From: Sporopachydermia quercuum
Lineage: Eukaryota
Direction: 5' to 3'
NCBI GenBank assembly: GCA_001599295.1
Contig: BCGN01000003.1
Span: 1,798,001-1,862,000, forward strand
DNA length: 64,000 bases
Made by a program: the position numbers and the translations under genes. Of this stretch, positions 11,769-25,242 are shown in pieces. The first letter of the stretch is position 1; each line of letters begins with the position of its first letter. Under the pieces are notes generated by a model. That model saw nothing but the letters and a program-made list of their open reading frames with translations. It was not told the origin of the DNA and made no database searches.

Positions 11769-14253
11769 TATGATTTATTGTTTTGTGACTGTGACCTTTA
11801 GTGTGATTGAATACTTATTGGTTTGAATTATCAGCCAATCTTTATACAACTAATACAACTTTTCTATGAATCATCTATCAATAATTGTCTTTCTATGGAT
11901 CATATCATGAAGAATAAAAGGATGGGGGAACTAATTGCCTTTATATACATTTCACTTTAACCCATATAAGGTTTTGAAGTATGTGTTCTATGTAAGCTGG
12001 GACATCTCAATTAAGAAATAAATTGTGTACTTAAGATGTTGCTTTTTGAACTGTACAGCAGAAACACTGGCGATATGAGAGCAATAATTGATATTGGATC
12101 TAGTAGTTTTTAATTCATTTATGTTATCAAAAAGGAATGAAAATAATCTAGAAATTGTACTTGTAAAACCAGTCAGTTGTAGTGGCTTTTATATGCTTTA
12201 GCTAGTAGGTTTAATACTAACCAGTTTTCTTTCATAACCGCGCTTATATTTCATCAGCTATTAACTTCCTACGTATTTCTAATGCCTAATTTATACGTAA
12301 AATACACCATAAGTAATCTTCCTTGGGCGAGAATCGGAGTGAAAGATCAATGGAAATAATGAAGAAATATCATGGAAAATGAGTTGATTGGAACTATAAT
12401 AAATGATATAGCTATAATAATGAACAGAGAATATAAATGATTAGATTGGGAAGGTAATACAATGATTTCGCTTTGATAGGATAATGGAATAATCGTTGAT
12501 TAACTGTTAAATAGTTGGAAGACAGTTACCGACGAGAGTTGAGATTACTTGGTAGAGAGATCGTCATATAACCGTCAGCGTTGACCTACTTGCGGTTATC
12601 TGTGAGTTATGTTGACTTTTACAGCGAACAAAGTTCGCTATGGTAATATATGTCTTTGATCCTATTTTATGGTGTCATTATTAATATCGTTTACTTGTTA
12701 AGTAGAGTCTTTATAATAACGTACATGGGAATATGATTTGTTTCTTCTGACAANCTGAAGACTATCAATTCTTCAATATGATGATTTACAACTGCAGCAT
12801 ATATATCTTCCTTAACAATAAACATCTTATCGTCTACTCATCTAGTTATACGGTATGTATGGGGTTCTCCTAATCCCAATTGCCTACTCTATTGATCCGC
12901 ATACAAGTATCTACCCATATCTAGCTACCCGCACCTTTGACCATCTTACTAATATACAAATTCGAGCAGCATATGTGTGCTCCGTTATAAGCTGCGAATC
13001 GCTCATAAATTCGAATTCTTATGTCAGTATTCATACAATTCATCTCCTTCCTTGATCTGTTGGTCACACAACCAGTTGGTTTTCATGTTATCGGCTCATT
13101 AGCTAATTTCCAGAACAGGTTTTTTTTCCATTTTGTATTATTAATTTTTCAAAAGTCCAGAATTGTTTGATTGTGCAATGCTCTCGTGATAGCCCCGACA
13201 GTTATTAAATAGTGAGATTCTAGAAATTTCATTTCCGAAACTGGTAAACTACTCCTTGGAGCAAGTTTGTGGTTATGTGAACATAAATAACTGAGAATAA
13301 GGTTTAAGAGTTGAGATTAAGTTTCAAGAAAAGTGTGGAGATATAACAAAGGATTGTTGAATTTGTTATGAAGATGAATATTTATAGTGTGAAGGTGGTA
13401 AATATGCTTCTCTGTTTTGAGGACTAATTATGATATTTATTCAACAGATAATGGATATCTTGATAAAAATACTAAGTTTCTATGATTGCAATCCTGAGTA
13501 TTCCTACTCGCTAGCTGAGACCACACTAAACACTTATCAATAATTCCCAAATTGAGAATGTAGAACGCCAATTATTGTGAACTCAATTCGAATGAAAAGT
13601 TGAAAGAGCATTGAAATTCGTTGAAATATTTTCTGAGAACATTATCTTTTGCTAAAGGTGTTCTATAATTGAATCGCCTTATTTGAGCTATCTTGTTTGT
13701 ATGTTGTACAGAAATATACATACAATTAAAGTGCGTGCTGTCCACAGTTTTAGAACAAATACTACAAAGGTCATGTTTTGCCTAATAAATAAACCGTAAA
13801 CCTATCATTAAACCGTTACAAAAGAATTTTCAAATATGAATAAAAATAATCTAGCTATCGAATCTATCATCTAATCCTTACATGAAAACTCATTTCTTTT
13901 CTGACTGATATTTGGACTAGTTATAATCTTAATACTCTGTCAATATTTTAATCTAACGCCCATAACCACTCATTACTGTTGAACTAACTGCCCCAATACT
14001 AACGCTTGATCACTTCATCTTTCATGAAATGTATGATTTTTGTTCAGTTCTCAAAAATTTTATCCGGCAGACTTTCGTTTTTTTGAGTGCTGACATACTT
14101 AGTTGTTTCTTTCAGACTGCTGAGTATCTCGCACTGGCAACCATGGCAAGAACTTCATTTGCTTCTTCAAAAAGAGTAATCACCCAAATATTATGATACT
14201 TATTCCTTTTATTGGCCCGGGATACCAATATTTTTGTTTACTAACAGTTTTCT

Positions 14254-15504
14254 TCAAAGCCATGGATTCAGGTAATCCTTATTTAACATCTGATAAGTGA
14301 ATAACTCTTGAATCATATTTGTATCAGATTGCATCTGAGCATTTGAAAGTGCTGTTTGATTTATCGGGCTCTCATTAACAATAGTAGTAGTTGAAGTTGG
14401 CGTGGGACCAGATGAGTAGGAATTGATAGATGGAGATACTGGTGGGGGTGCTGAAGTTTGCGGATGAGTAGGGTGTGGTTGGGGATGTGGGAAAGGAGGA
14501 CTGCTGCTTTGCGTGGTACTTTCATGAGAAATCATTGAGATTAAATTGCCCAAATTGCTTTGTATTCTCACTAGCTTTTGTCTTACTATTTGTATTGTGG
14601 TAGTGCTGGAGCTATTTGAGCTTTCTGGATTATGAACAGCATTCCTGTTCCTATAATATGATCTGCTGTCTTTTAACTGTGTATCATTATCAGTTGCCCT
14701 ATTGCTTCCTTCTATTTTTTGAGCAGTATCGTCATCACTTGATCTGAAATTTGAGTAGTAATTGGGTTGATTTCCATATTTGCTGCTTGCTGACCCTGAA
14801 TGAGTTACCAGCGCACTTCTTTGATTTGGAGGCAATCTCTTCACTAGATATATGATGTTGTTCAGAGCAGTCTCGAGGTTGCTGATGGCGGATTGTATAA
14901 TAGGATTGATAGGGTCAACATTTGAGTCTATGGAGTCTGGCGATGTTATATGATCCACAAATTCTAGGTCAGGCATTTTTTGACTTGTATCTTTGGAATC
15001 TATAGAAGACCTTGCTTTTGAATCTCTGATAGACTCTCTTCTAAAGGATGTACCCTCATCGTCATCTTCATCCTGCCGCGTGCTCTCCCTTTTGCTAACT
15101 TTGTAATCGTAAGGGTTGTGGATGATAAACGATAACTGTTTCTCTTTCTTCTTTGATGGCTTGTGTTTTCGCTGTGGCTTTGAAATGCGTTTATTTGCAA
15201 TTGAAGGTGCAGAATACGACAAACTCACAGTTGGAATGCTTGATTCTAAGGCACCTGTTATTTTCTGTTTTGCTGACAAACTTGACGAAGGTGATAATTG
15301 ACTTTCTTCTGAGGAATTGGAATTTGGTTGACTGGTAGTGGAATTTCTTCTATTTGTTTCCTGGAAGACGCACTCTTCGCCTGCCTGATAACAACGGATG
15401 CAAGACGAATAGAATGGGTTGTCGTAAGCACACCTCACTTTTAGCCTTCGGCACCGAGCACACGCTCTTTGTTGACGCCATTTACCGGATTGATTCGATG
15501 ACAT
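14254..15504 (-). CDS. Zn(II)2Cys6 binuclear-cluster transcription factor
   Basis: N-terminal 'RACARCRRLKVRC...SCIRC...EC'; the remainder is S/P/Q/N-rich low complexity. Confidence 0.85.
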   Translation of the reverse strand: MSSNQSGKWRQQRACARCRRLKVRCAYDNPFYSSCIRCYQAGEECVFQETNRRNSTTSQPNSNSSEESQLSPSSSLSAKQKITGALESSIPTVSLSYSAPSIANKRISKPQRKHKPSKKKEKQLSFIIHNPYDYKVSKRESTRQDEDDDEGTSFRRESIRDSKARSSIDSKDTSQKMPDLEFVDHITSPDSIDSNVDPINPIIQSAISNLETALNNIIYLVKRLPPNQRSALVTHSGSASSKYGNQPNYYSNFRSSDDDTAQKIEGSNRATDNDTQLKDSRSYYRNRNAVHNPESSNSSSTTTIQIVRQKLVRIQSNLGNLISMISHESTTQSSSPPFPHPQPHPTHPQTSAPPPVSPSINSYSSGPTPTSTTTIVNESPINQTALSNAQMQSDTNMIQELFTYQMLNKDYLNPWL

Positions 15505-18153
15505 GAATTGTGGATGATTGAAAAACGTCTACTGCTGATGTGGTTGTGTCTATTATAACGGCTGAAAACCAATAGCCACTTGAATCAGAAATGGCACTTA
15601 GTGAAAGTGCTTGTTGTGAAATACGATGAAACTTAATGTTGTCGCAAAGAATCAATAAACTACAAGATCAATAACTCTTTTAGCTGAAATGGCTTTTTCA
15701 AAACTAGACTTACTCTCTTCGACCCTTTCTCCTTATTGTATGCTTTTCTGTCTTTTTAGTGTATTGTGTAGATCCTGATGATCTGATATAAAGCTATCGT
15801 GCAAATCATTGGGTTACGTTACAATTGTTCTTGTTGTCTATGAGAAAAAGCAATATTCATACGCTTGATTATGCCATAAACCAAGAGATCCAGTAAAAAG
15901 TTGAGTGAGGAAGAGAATGAAAAGTAAAAGTGAAATAAAATGATTCGGCAGAGGTTAAAAGGGCTCATAAGTTATAATAAGTTTTCAATTAAAGTTTTAA
16001 ACTTCAATTTTATTACTATGACTTGTTTCACATAGGAACACCGTTTAAACAATTTACCTTACAAAACATGATTTAAAGTTATTCAGCGAAGAACTTAATT
16101 TAACATATATCAAGTTAAAGCTAAAAGCCGTTGAACTCTAAACCTGAAGAGAAGATTGACAAGATGATTCAATTATTTGATTAGATGAAATAGCGGTAGA
16201 GGCTTTGCTGCAGAATGTGAAAAGTAAAGTAGTGGCAATATAAAGTACTATTATATGATAATGCTTCTATTTATATCAGCATGTTTATTTATTGAATGTC
16301 CCTACACTCATACCTTGTACAGTAGCAACATAACATGTGAAGTCCTTTGAGAAACTATTTAAAGTTGGATATGTCATATTAGGACAACATGGTGTTTGGC
16401 TGTTTTTTTGAGAAGCGCTGACCAGAAGTAGAATCTATTAACAATCCGTAACTTGCACTAAAAAGTTCCAGCAAATTTTTATTTTTAATTCCTAGAGAAG
16501 TCGTAGTTATTTGTTGGAGGAACCGACAAAAAAAGACAATACCTTTAAGGGTGATTAGAAAGTTTTAAGTTGAACTTTAACTAAAAACCCGTAGTTAAGA
16601 TTCAGGAATAATTGAGAGGTAAAGTAGGAGCATATTCAAAATCAGAGTAAGATATTTTGTTCGACTAAGGATGTTAAGTTAAGCCTTTATAATTAAGGTG
16701 GTAGACATTTAACAATATTTTATTTTTTCACAGAATCTTGTAAATATCTATCTAAATTCAAGAATTCAAATTCTATCAGGAACCAAATGTAAGCTTTACG
16801 TCGCAACTTAAAACAATAAAGTTAATAAACTTAGATTCTCGGCAAACCGACTCATTTTTTATTTGGATGAGATCCGAAGAGTTTCCTAACCACATCTTTC
16901 GATTTTTGTTACATTATTTTATTCAGTTATTGGTAATCGATGATCATTATAATAAATTTCATCGTAATTCTGTGTTTTTATAGCAATCATGATCAGTTGG
17001 TTCTATTTCTTTGTATAAGTTTCCTTGGATTGTTTACTCATTCTATTTAGTATCATATTTGCCTACTTTTCAGATCATATGGTTCTCCGTCCTCCTGACA
17101 GAAAAGTGCTTTGACCCAAAGTAGATAGAAATAAAAGGTCTTAATTATGCAAGAGGTTTGAGATATGATAAATCAAACAGATTAATCTAAATAACTATAT
17201 AGATTCCTAGTGTCCATTATAATGAGTTTTTTATACAATGACAAGCAAGAGTGTCTTATATGAAAGGAGTTTATAATCAGCAAACAGTAACCAAGCCTTT
17301 TATTTTTATACAAGTCAGGTTTTCAGGAGATTTTGGCAATATCCCTCAAACTTGTCACGAGGAATTAAGTGTTGAGGAATGAACGTTTCCTTATCTTTCA
17401 CTCTAAAGTGCTGCGATCTATACTGTCGGTGTTCCATTCCGGAACCCCCCGTCTCACAATCCACATCAAGTATCATCCCAAAAGTATAGAGACAAAGTGA
17501 TACCTCAAGATTTTAGTATGTTATTCCGTGAGCAATTGGTGAGCAAACGAAAAACCATGATGGAAGCATTCAAATCTATTAACAGTACTACGAAAAACAA
17601 ATAAACAATGGCTGTTTTAATATAAAAATTTGATCAAAATGTGAAGGAAGAAAAGAAAACATTGTTTGAGCCAAATTACAAAGGTAAAAAGAGTGTTTTC
17701 TACTAAACTGTGGAGCCTGTTCTTACTGAAAGGCGCCAACCAATCATTGTATTAATCAACAACTTCATACTGCTATTCTTCACACAATGCATACGTAGCA
17801 CAATGATGAAAACATGTTGAAAACTTGTTTACAAACACGAATTTTTGTAGTAACAGACTATATAATTGTGGCCAAGGAGCATTTATATATTCAAAACATT
17901 GTACAATCTCAAGTAAACTAAAGCAAACAAACATTTTTTGGGTATGTTAACTGGCGCTTAATCCTCAGCGCTTCTTGCCTACCTGTCTTATCACGTACTT
18001 TGTAGGTATAGAAGCATTTAGCATCACCTGGAGTGGCTAATAAAATGTCAACAACAAAGGCAGACAGAATAAAAAAGTATTTAGGAGAAACCTCTGTACG
18101 AAAGTAGAAGTGAAATCCTAGTCTCTCAGATAACATCCAAACAAATTTCAAAC

Positions 18154-20317
18154 ATGGAATCAGTAGTCAGTATGAAAACAAAAGCCATCACTGGCAGAGA
18201 ATCAGAGAGCACTATCCAAACATTCCTATCAATATCGTTTGGATGTCTGGCGTATTTACGTGGGCTCTTCCCAGAAGAATACTTTCTAGATAAGAGGTAC
18301 ATCTGTCAAAAGCAAGATAAACAGCAGGACTCTGTGAAGATTAAAACCTTGGTCAGAGGATTATCAAAAGAAGCTGATTTATACTTGGATTGGGTCGAGA
18401 AGAGTATTTCACAAGCAGTTCATGATAAGTTTCTGGATAAATTAATCTTGGGTATATTCCTTGACAGAAGAAAGCCAACTGAATTAGTAGAGAGCTACTG
18501 TTTTGCCTTTCAATACGATGAAGGAGAAGGCAATAATTATGTTAGCCAAAATGTTGTATCAATGGGTATTAACGGAGAAAACGTTGCCATCTCAAGTATT
18601 GAACATGCCAGAAAAGAATTACAGCAACTTGTAAGACGATTCATTATAATAACTCAGACATTGGATCCTCTACCGGATAGAAAGTATCTGGCGATCAAAA
18701 TGAAGCTCAATAAAAATTGTCCACCCAACTATAAGCCTCCATTGTTTCAAATATTGAAAGATGATCCAAATCTGGCTTTCTGCGTATCTCAGAAAACAGA
18801 TTTGAATATACAACAAGCAGGTTGTTTAAAAACTCCGCATAACGGGTATGAATAACATGATCATGTTTTTTGTTCTGAGTACTTCTGCTCTTAGAATTAA
18901 CATTGGAAGTAGGTTGGAAATAGATGTACTTTCACTCGATGAACAAACATTACAAATCCCTCCAGCTGGAAGGAAGGTACAGATCGATCCTTGGAGTTCC
19001 CTCGCAAAAAATCGTTCAAAACCAGAAACTTCTGCTGCTACTACTAATAATAGTCCTAACGATAGACAATCAAACGCACAGCAAAATCATAGGGCCATAA
19101 AAATGAGTAGTGGCTTGTCTTCTCAATCCCACTATCAAACTGACAATCATATATTTCTCGATTCTCAGCCAGTTGATTCTATTGAAGTCATAAATAAACA
19201 TAACAATACGAAGGATTCTAATCATAATGATCCTGATTGGTCACCAGAAACACACAATACTCAAACTGAAGATTCTCAGTCAATTGAATGTGAATGCGGC
19301 ATGAATGAAAATATCAGGCTATTTGGATCGGTATTATGTCCACCTTTAATTTATTGGTACAACGAGTTCATCATAAATTGCTAACATTGCATAATTTTTG
19401 AAACATAGGAAAAATGTAGTACCTGCGGGAAACAAATTCACAAAGGGTGTTACACCTTCATATCAAAACCCAAATTCAAGTGTTGGACTTGTATTCTTCC
19501 TTCTGAAGTACTACAGAGCAAGAAAAAGGAAATCATCCAATTGCTGAACCTAAGAAAGATTATTAAAGCACTCTATCTTAAAGGCTTACCTAGCAAGATA
19601 TCAGACCTGAACATGTTCATCGAATCTACCTGTGAAAAATCTTCAGTTGCAGAAAATGACTACTCCTTGTTATCATATATAATGATCGTCATTCTTGCAA
19701 CAGGGATAGTGGTTAACGAAGAGGAACTAAGGGAAAGTCCAGGTAGAACCAATAATGGTGATGGTTCTATCTATAAATGGTCACGCATTGTAGTGGTTGA
19801 TATTCCAGGGGTTATTAACTCGAAAGGCAAAGCTGTTGTAGGAAAGATAATTTGGAATTACGTTCCACGGTTGAAAGAGAAACTCAATACCAGGTATTGG
19901 AGAGACTATTTCTACTCAGATGATTGTATTTTGGACACCGCACCCTTAGACAAGCTATTAAGCGAATTCAAAGACAACAGTGAAGCCACCACTGTTGTAT
20001 CTATTGATGAAGACGAAATCCAGAAGGATATATCCAATGAGTCTTCTACAATATTCAATAACAACACTCATGACAATGAAACTGGTGATAGTAGTGCACT
20101 TACTGAATATTCGATGTCATCAATTGAAAACATCAGCACATCTCAAGGTGCCAACTTACTTAAAAGAATATATTCAGATAACATTCCATCTTCAATCATT
20201 TCACAGGGTTTACTGGATACCAGCACCTCAATGGATGATCTTAGAATTGTTGAGGATATTCTAACCCTAGAAGAACCAAGAAAGAAACTCAGGTTGGATA
20301 TCTCAGGTGCCAATTGA
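18154..20317 (+). CDS. HOP1: Meiotic HORMA-domain axis protein Hop1, 3 exons (~672 aa)
   Basis: HORMA 'ISFGCLAYLRGLFPEEYF', 'LVRRFIIITQTLDPLP', 'PPNYKPPLF'. PHD-like finger 'IECECG...KCSTCGKQIHKGCY...FKCWTC' is restored by splicing. Exons 18154-18845, 18913-19330, 19409-20317. Confidence 0.88.
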
Positions 20318-20801
20318 AGGATTGCAACTCAAACTACTGTTGCTTAATCCCAAATATCTATCCCTTTAAATTCTTATCGTATATCATATTAGCCACGTGG
20401 CTTCTAATAAAATAAAATTACTGTTGTTCGATGATGTTGATTGTTGATTGTTATTTGAAAATCAGAATGTAATATGATATTAACCTCTTACTTTTGCAAG
20501 TGTTGTGTATCCTTGCAAGAAGAGATGTAATGAAGGAGATGTTATGTTACTATCAACTTCATATCTCACTCTATCAAAAATAATTCAGATCTAATACCTA
20601 AAATGAGACACTTTCGCTTGAGATCTAAAGCAAACTGAAAATTCGTACCTTCTCAGATTTGGCGGTTGATGTCTAGAAACGCTCTCTTTCACATACTCTG
20701 GCTGTTATACACTATCAAGCTTCATTGAACCAACCTGCATTTGTGGTAATTCTATCATGCATAGCTAATAATATAGTAAGCTATTTCTGACACGGTTCAT
20801 C

Positions 20802-22334
20802 ATGTCATTTCTACCACCCTTCCTACGGCGGGCAAAGGTAATTCCTCTCAGATATTTTCGCCAGTTCCATCATTCTTCATGGCAATGCAGTGCACATGCT
20901 ACACCTTCAATTACTACCGGACAACCAATATTTGAAACTAGGCCACACTTAGTGGAAGTTGGTAATATTACTCCTGGAATATCTGCTGTTGAATATTATA
21001 GACGTCGATTTGAGTTAGGTGAACAGATGCCAGTTGGATCAGCAGCTATTATTCTAGGGTCCTCAGTTAAATTCGCATCTGGTTCTGTTTTCTATTACTT
21101 CCGCCAGAACGACGACTTTTACTATCTCTCCGGATGGAATGAACCTGATTCAGTGTTTATTTTAGAGAAGGTATCTGAAGTCGGTGACTCTGTAGTTGTT
21201 TTCCATTTACTTGTCCCGCCTAAAGACTCAAGAGCAGAGCAATGGGAAGGTCATCGAACAGGAGTTGAAGGAGCAAAGGAAATATTCAATGCCGACCAAT
21301 CTAGTGACAACAGCAAAGTGGGTTCGTACTTAGAAAAAATAATTGCGAGGAATAAAATCATTTATACTGATATTGAACCAAAGGTGCATCCTGGTAGAGT
21401 CAATAATGTCGGTGTCAATGAACTATCACGCTTTTTCAGGACATCAGATTATAACAGCAAATTCGCCAACACCTTCCATGATATACTACGAAGAGATAAC
21501 AAAACCATCAAACCTCTGAGTCCATTAATTAGGGAAATGAGAGCAATCAAAAGTCCAGCGGAAGTGAAATGTATGCGTATTGCTGGTATTATATCTGGAA
21601 ATGCATATAATCAAGCGTTTGAAAGGGCGAATCCTGAACACAAAGAGCATATCAAGACAGAACATGAATTGGCCGCATTCCTTGACTATAAATTCAGAGT
21701 TGGAGGATGTATCAGAGAAGCTTATATTCCAGTTGTCGCCAGTGGATCCAATGCTTTATGTATCCATTACGTTCGTAACGATGATGTGTTCAAAGATGGA
21801 GAAATGGTACTTGTTGATGCAGCAGGAAACTATGGTGGATATTGCGCTGACATATCTAGAACTTGGCCTACTGATGGAAAATTCACATTGGCTCAAAAAG
21901 ATTTATATCAAGCGGTTTTAAATGTGGAGAACGCATGTATCGAGTTATGTACCGTCAATTCAAACGTCTCCTTACATGATATTCATAAAACTAGTGAAAA
22001 GCTTTTATACACAGAGTTAAAGAACTGCGGATTCAATGCACTTAACACTTGGGATGTTCCGAAATTTTTATATCCACATTATATTGGTCATAATCTTGGA
22101 TTGGATGTTCATGATGTCCCCGGTTTCTCCAGAACAGATCGGTTGAAAGCAGGGCAAGTTATTACAATTGAACCAGGTGTGTATGTTCCTGATAATAACA
22201 ATTGGCCCAAAGAATTCAGAGGAATTGGTATTAGAATTGAAGATGATATTTTAGTTGGGGCTACTTCCTATACAAATCTCACTATTGATGCTGTTAAGAA
22301 TATTGATGAGATTGAAAAGCTTGCCCAGATTTGA
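20802..22334 (+). CDS. ICP55: Mitochondrial intermediate cleaving peptidase 55 (Xaa-Pro aminopeptidase family)
   Basis: Presequence-like N-terminus; 'GQPIFETRPHL', 'FRQNDDFYYLSGWNEPDS', 'DISRTWP', 'HYIGHNLGLDVHD', 'ITIEPGVY', 'GIRIEDD'. Confidence 0.93.
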   Translation: MSFLPPFLRRAKVIPLRYFRQFHHSSWQCSAHATPSITTGQPIFETRPHLVEVGNITPGISAVEYYRRRFELGEQMPVGSAAIILGSSVKFASGSVFYYFRQNDDFYYLSGWNEPDSVFILEKVSEVGDSVVVFHLLVPPKDSRAEQWEGHRTGVEGAKEIFNADQSSDNSKVGSYLEKIIARNKIIYTDIEPKVHPGRVNNVGVNELSRFFRTSDYNSKFANTFHDILRRDNKTIKPLSPLIREMRAIKSPAEVKCMRIAGIISGNAYNQAFERANPEHKEHIKTEHELAAFLDYKFRVGGCIREAYIPVVASGSNALCIHYVRNDDVFKDGEMVLVDAAGNYGGYCADISRTWPTDGKFTLAQKDLYQAVLNVENACIELCTVNSNVSLHDIHKTSEKLLYTELKNCGFNALNTWDVPKFLYPHYIGHNLGLDVHDVPGFSRTDRLKAGQVITIEPGVYVPDNNNWPKEFRGIGIRIEDDILVGATSYTNLTIDAVKNIDEIEKLAQI

Positions 22335-23721
22335 AATTGATACAAATTGCGGCCCGGTTGTTTCAGGTGCCAGTTCTTACAGATTTCAAATCAAATAAAT
22401 AGAATCCTGTATATAGCTATATACTTTAATTAGCTCTATTGAGCATGTTATCTGACAGAATATAGTTCAAGTTGAATATATGAGTTTATAGATTTAGTGA
22501 TAGAAGTAATTTTTCTCATAGCTATCAACAAATATACAATCATATATTACTCTTGCATCTCAACGGTTTGCCTCTCTTACGGCAATCAAACTATTTCTCC
22601 ATCTCATCGGTCAACCGTTTTCACGGTCGTCAAACTAAGAGATAAGAGATAAAACTTTCAGTTCCTGATTGATATTGTTCTATTAATCTCTTCCAGATCT
22701 AGCAAACACGATCTGTATCGGTTGAAGCCGTTACAGTAAAAGCATTGAACTGATTGTTTACTACCATATTGAGATCCTCCACCTGAAATAACGTTGGCAA
22801 ACGGTCCAAACCTTATTAATTATCTTATTAACCTTAAGAAAAATGCATCCAAGAAGGGAAGTCATTCTGTAATAGGAAAATATAGAAGCTTAAGGTTGCA
22901 ACCGTTGGGGAAATATTTCTCTATTAAGATTCGTCTCGGCTATTATTTGATACAAGTATTCTTATACTTCTCAGCTATTAGATACCGTGTAATTGAAAAA
23001 TTATATAAATCACTAGCAATTCCTATTTTTATACTAATAGCCGCTTTTTACCTCCCTATCAATTTTTGGAAGTTTCAATTGCCAAGATTCAAATTCGATG
23101 GCTTAATGAGCTGAAGAGCCAGGCATGAAACTGTGAAATAGACCAATAAAAGCTTAATATTAGGTACCAAACTCTACTTTTATCTCACTTGAATTATTAA
23201 GCAAAGGAATCGAAGAGAAGGGAACTTCAGATTTTTTATTAGAAAGGTAAGGTGGCTTCACCTAGACAACTTTTGAAATTCGGTAGTCTAAACAGTTGTA
23301 TTTGACTGCTGCAGAATAATAGTTACTCCTTCAAACGCTCTAGTATCCATTATATTCATGCCATTGGTAGTAATTGAAAGTAACTTTAAAGGGTGTTCAG
23401 TCATTATTGAATTATAAGAGCAAGCAAGATAACTGCCCATTGAGATAAATAGTTGATTGCTTTGTTGGGCCAACATTCGTTGTTATTTGAATAGAAAACA
23501 ATAATCTACCTAATTTTCTATTATTGAAGTTATATGAAAATACTTCTACCGTATTTTAATGATTTTCACCATTCATACTCCATTTTCTAGCAGGCAATAA
23601 TCTATCACTTACTGAATTTATAGTAATAATTCACTTCTCTGCAACTACAAACCGACTAGAGAAATCTTGCAAATAGATATTGCATCTGCATCAAATTGAA
23701 TAAATCCATGCTACGTTCAAA

Positions 23722-25242
23722 ATGTCCGAAGATCCTGAGAAGATATCTCATAGCAAGGTATCTTCAATAATAGAAAAGTACCAAGGAGAGTATCCAGCAG
23801 AATATCCAGCCAAGAATGATGATCTCAACAACCTCCAAAAAGTGAGAACGTTAGAAGAAGCGCTGGAAATGTCACTAGACAAAAATCTGGAAATCGAGTG
23901 TCCGGATGGTGGCTACGGTTGGGTTTGCGTTGCCTGCTCTTTCTTTTTCAATTTTGCCGGCTGGGGTGCTAACTCATCTTTTGGTATTTTCTTGAACCAT
24001 ATGCTCACTAACAACACTTATCCTAATGCAACACCTCTACAATTAGCGTTTATCGGTGGGTTATCTATAGGTCTGGGGTCATGCTGTGCTCCTTTTATCA
24101 GTATATGTTTAGGAAAGGTTGGTGTGCATGTTACTTTAGTCATTGGAGGTATTATGACGTTTGTAGGTTATTTCTGCGCAGGGTATACTAAAGAGATTTG
24201 GCAGTTATTCCTCACCCAGGGGGTTCTAGTTGGGGTTGCTATTGGGTTTATTTTCATTTCTTCTAATAATGTGCTGCCACAGTGGTTTCAGAAACGAAGA
24301 GCATTGGCCCAAGGTATCGCTGTATCAGGAACAAGTGTCGGAGGCATTGTATATTCCTTCCTTGCTCAAGGATGCATTAAGAACTTGGGAGTTGCATGGG
24401 CATTCAAAATCATTGCGATTCTATCTGCGGCTATTGTTTTCGTTGCTACAATATTTGTCAGAACCAGGAACTCAGTTGTGCAGCCTAGTAAGAAGATCTT
24501 TGACCTTTCCGTTATCAATTTCCCATTTTTATGTATTATGGTATGGGTTGGTGTTTCTATGATTGCTTATGTCATTATGCTATATTCCATTAACGCGTTT
24601 GCATCTTCTATTGGTCTTTCAGCACAACAAGGTACAGATCTGTTGGCAATCATGTGTGGAGCCCAAGTGGTAGGAAGACCAATTGTTGGAAGACTCTGTG
24701 ATAGATATGGCAGAATTAATGTGACAGCCGTTACAAATGTTCTATCTGGAATAATTGTGCTTGCCTTCTGGATTCCCATTGAATCATACGGGGCAATGAT
24801 TGGATTTGTTATACTTTTGGGTCTAATTATGGGCACAGTATGGGTATCATTCGGCCCATTGACTGCAGATTCTGCTGGTTTGAGGAAAATGCCTTCTGCT
24901 TATGCTTTTGCTAGTATTTCTTCTGGACTTCCTGGTATTTTTGCAGAAGTGATTGCGCTTGAATTGAGAAGAGACCAAAAGAAGTACTCAAGCAAGATTT
25001 ACGTATGGGTACAGTTATTTGTCGGCTTAGCATTCATTGCGGGAGCTTTGGCGTTATTAGTTTTACGTGAATATAAAGTGAAAAAGATAATTGAGGCGAA
25101 CCTTGAAATTTTTATTTCTGCTAGTAAGGATAAAGCCGAATCATCAGAGGAAGAGCTTGTAGAGCTTCAGAGACTTGAGTCTCTTAATGGCCCAGGTTTT
25201 AAAGCACGAGTAAGAAGATTTTTTCACATTTGTGTGATTTGA
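23722..25242 (+). CDS. MFS monocarboxylate-permease-like transporter (Mch/Esbp6 family)
   Basis: 'PDGGYGWVCV', 'PQWFQKRRALAQGI', 'GRLCDRYGRIN'; about 12 hydrophobic segments. Confidence 0.9.
   Translation: MSEDPEKISHSKVSSIIEKYQGEYPAEYPAKNDDLNNLQKVRTLEEALEMSLDKNLEIECPDGGYGWVCVACSFFFNFAGWGANSSFGIFLNHMLTNNTYPNATPLQLAFIGGLSIGLGSCCAPFISICLGKVGVHVTLVIGGIMTFVGYFCAGYTKEIWQLFLTQGVLVGVAIGFIFISSNNVLPQWFQKRRALAQGIAVSGTSVGGIVYSFLAQGCIKNLGVAWAFKIIAILSAAIVFVATIFVRTRNSVVQPSKKIFDLSVINFPFLCIMVWVGVSMIAYVIMLYSINAFASSIGLSAQQGTDLLAIMCGAQVVGRPIVGRLCDRYGRINVTAVTNVLSGIIVLAFWIPIESYGAMIGFVILLGLIMGTVWVSFGPLTADSAGLRKMPSAYAFASISSGLPGIFAEVIALELRRDQKKYSSKIYVWVQLFVGLAFIAGALALLVLREYKVKKIIEANLEIFISASKDKAESSEEELVELQRLESLNGPGFKARVRRFFHICVI

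Noticed and set aside
18029..18040. URS1-like GGAGTGGCTAA upstream of HOP1
   Set aside because: Deviates from the GGCGGCTA core; too weak to call.
15505..18150. Long AT-rich intergenic region as a centromere or LTR
   Set aside because: No repeats, TG...CA termini or CDE-like motifs were seen; it is adequately explained as a divergent promoter region.
18848..20317. HOP1 split into three ORFs, resembling a pseudogene or frameshift
   Set aside because: Phase-compatible introns with branch points explain both breaks.
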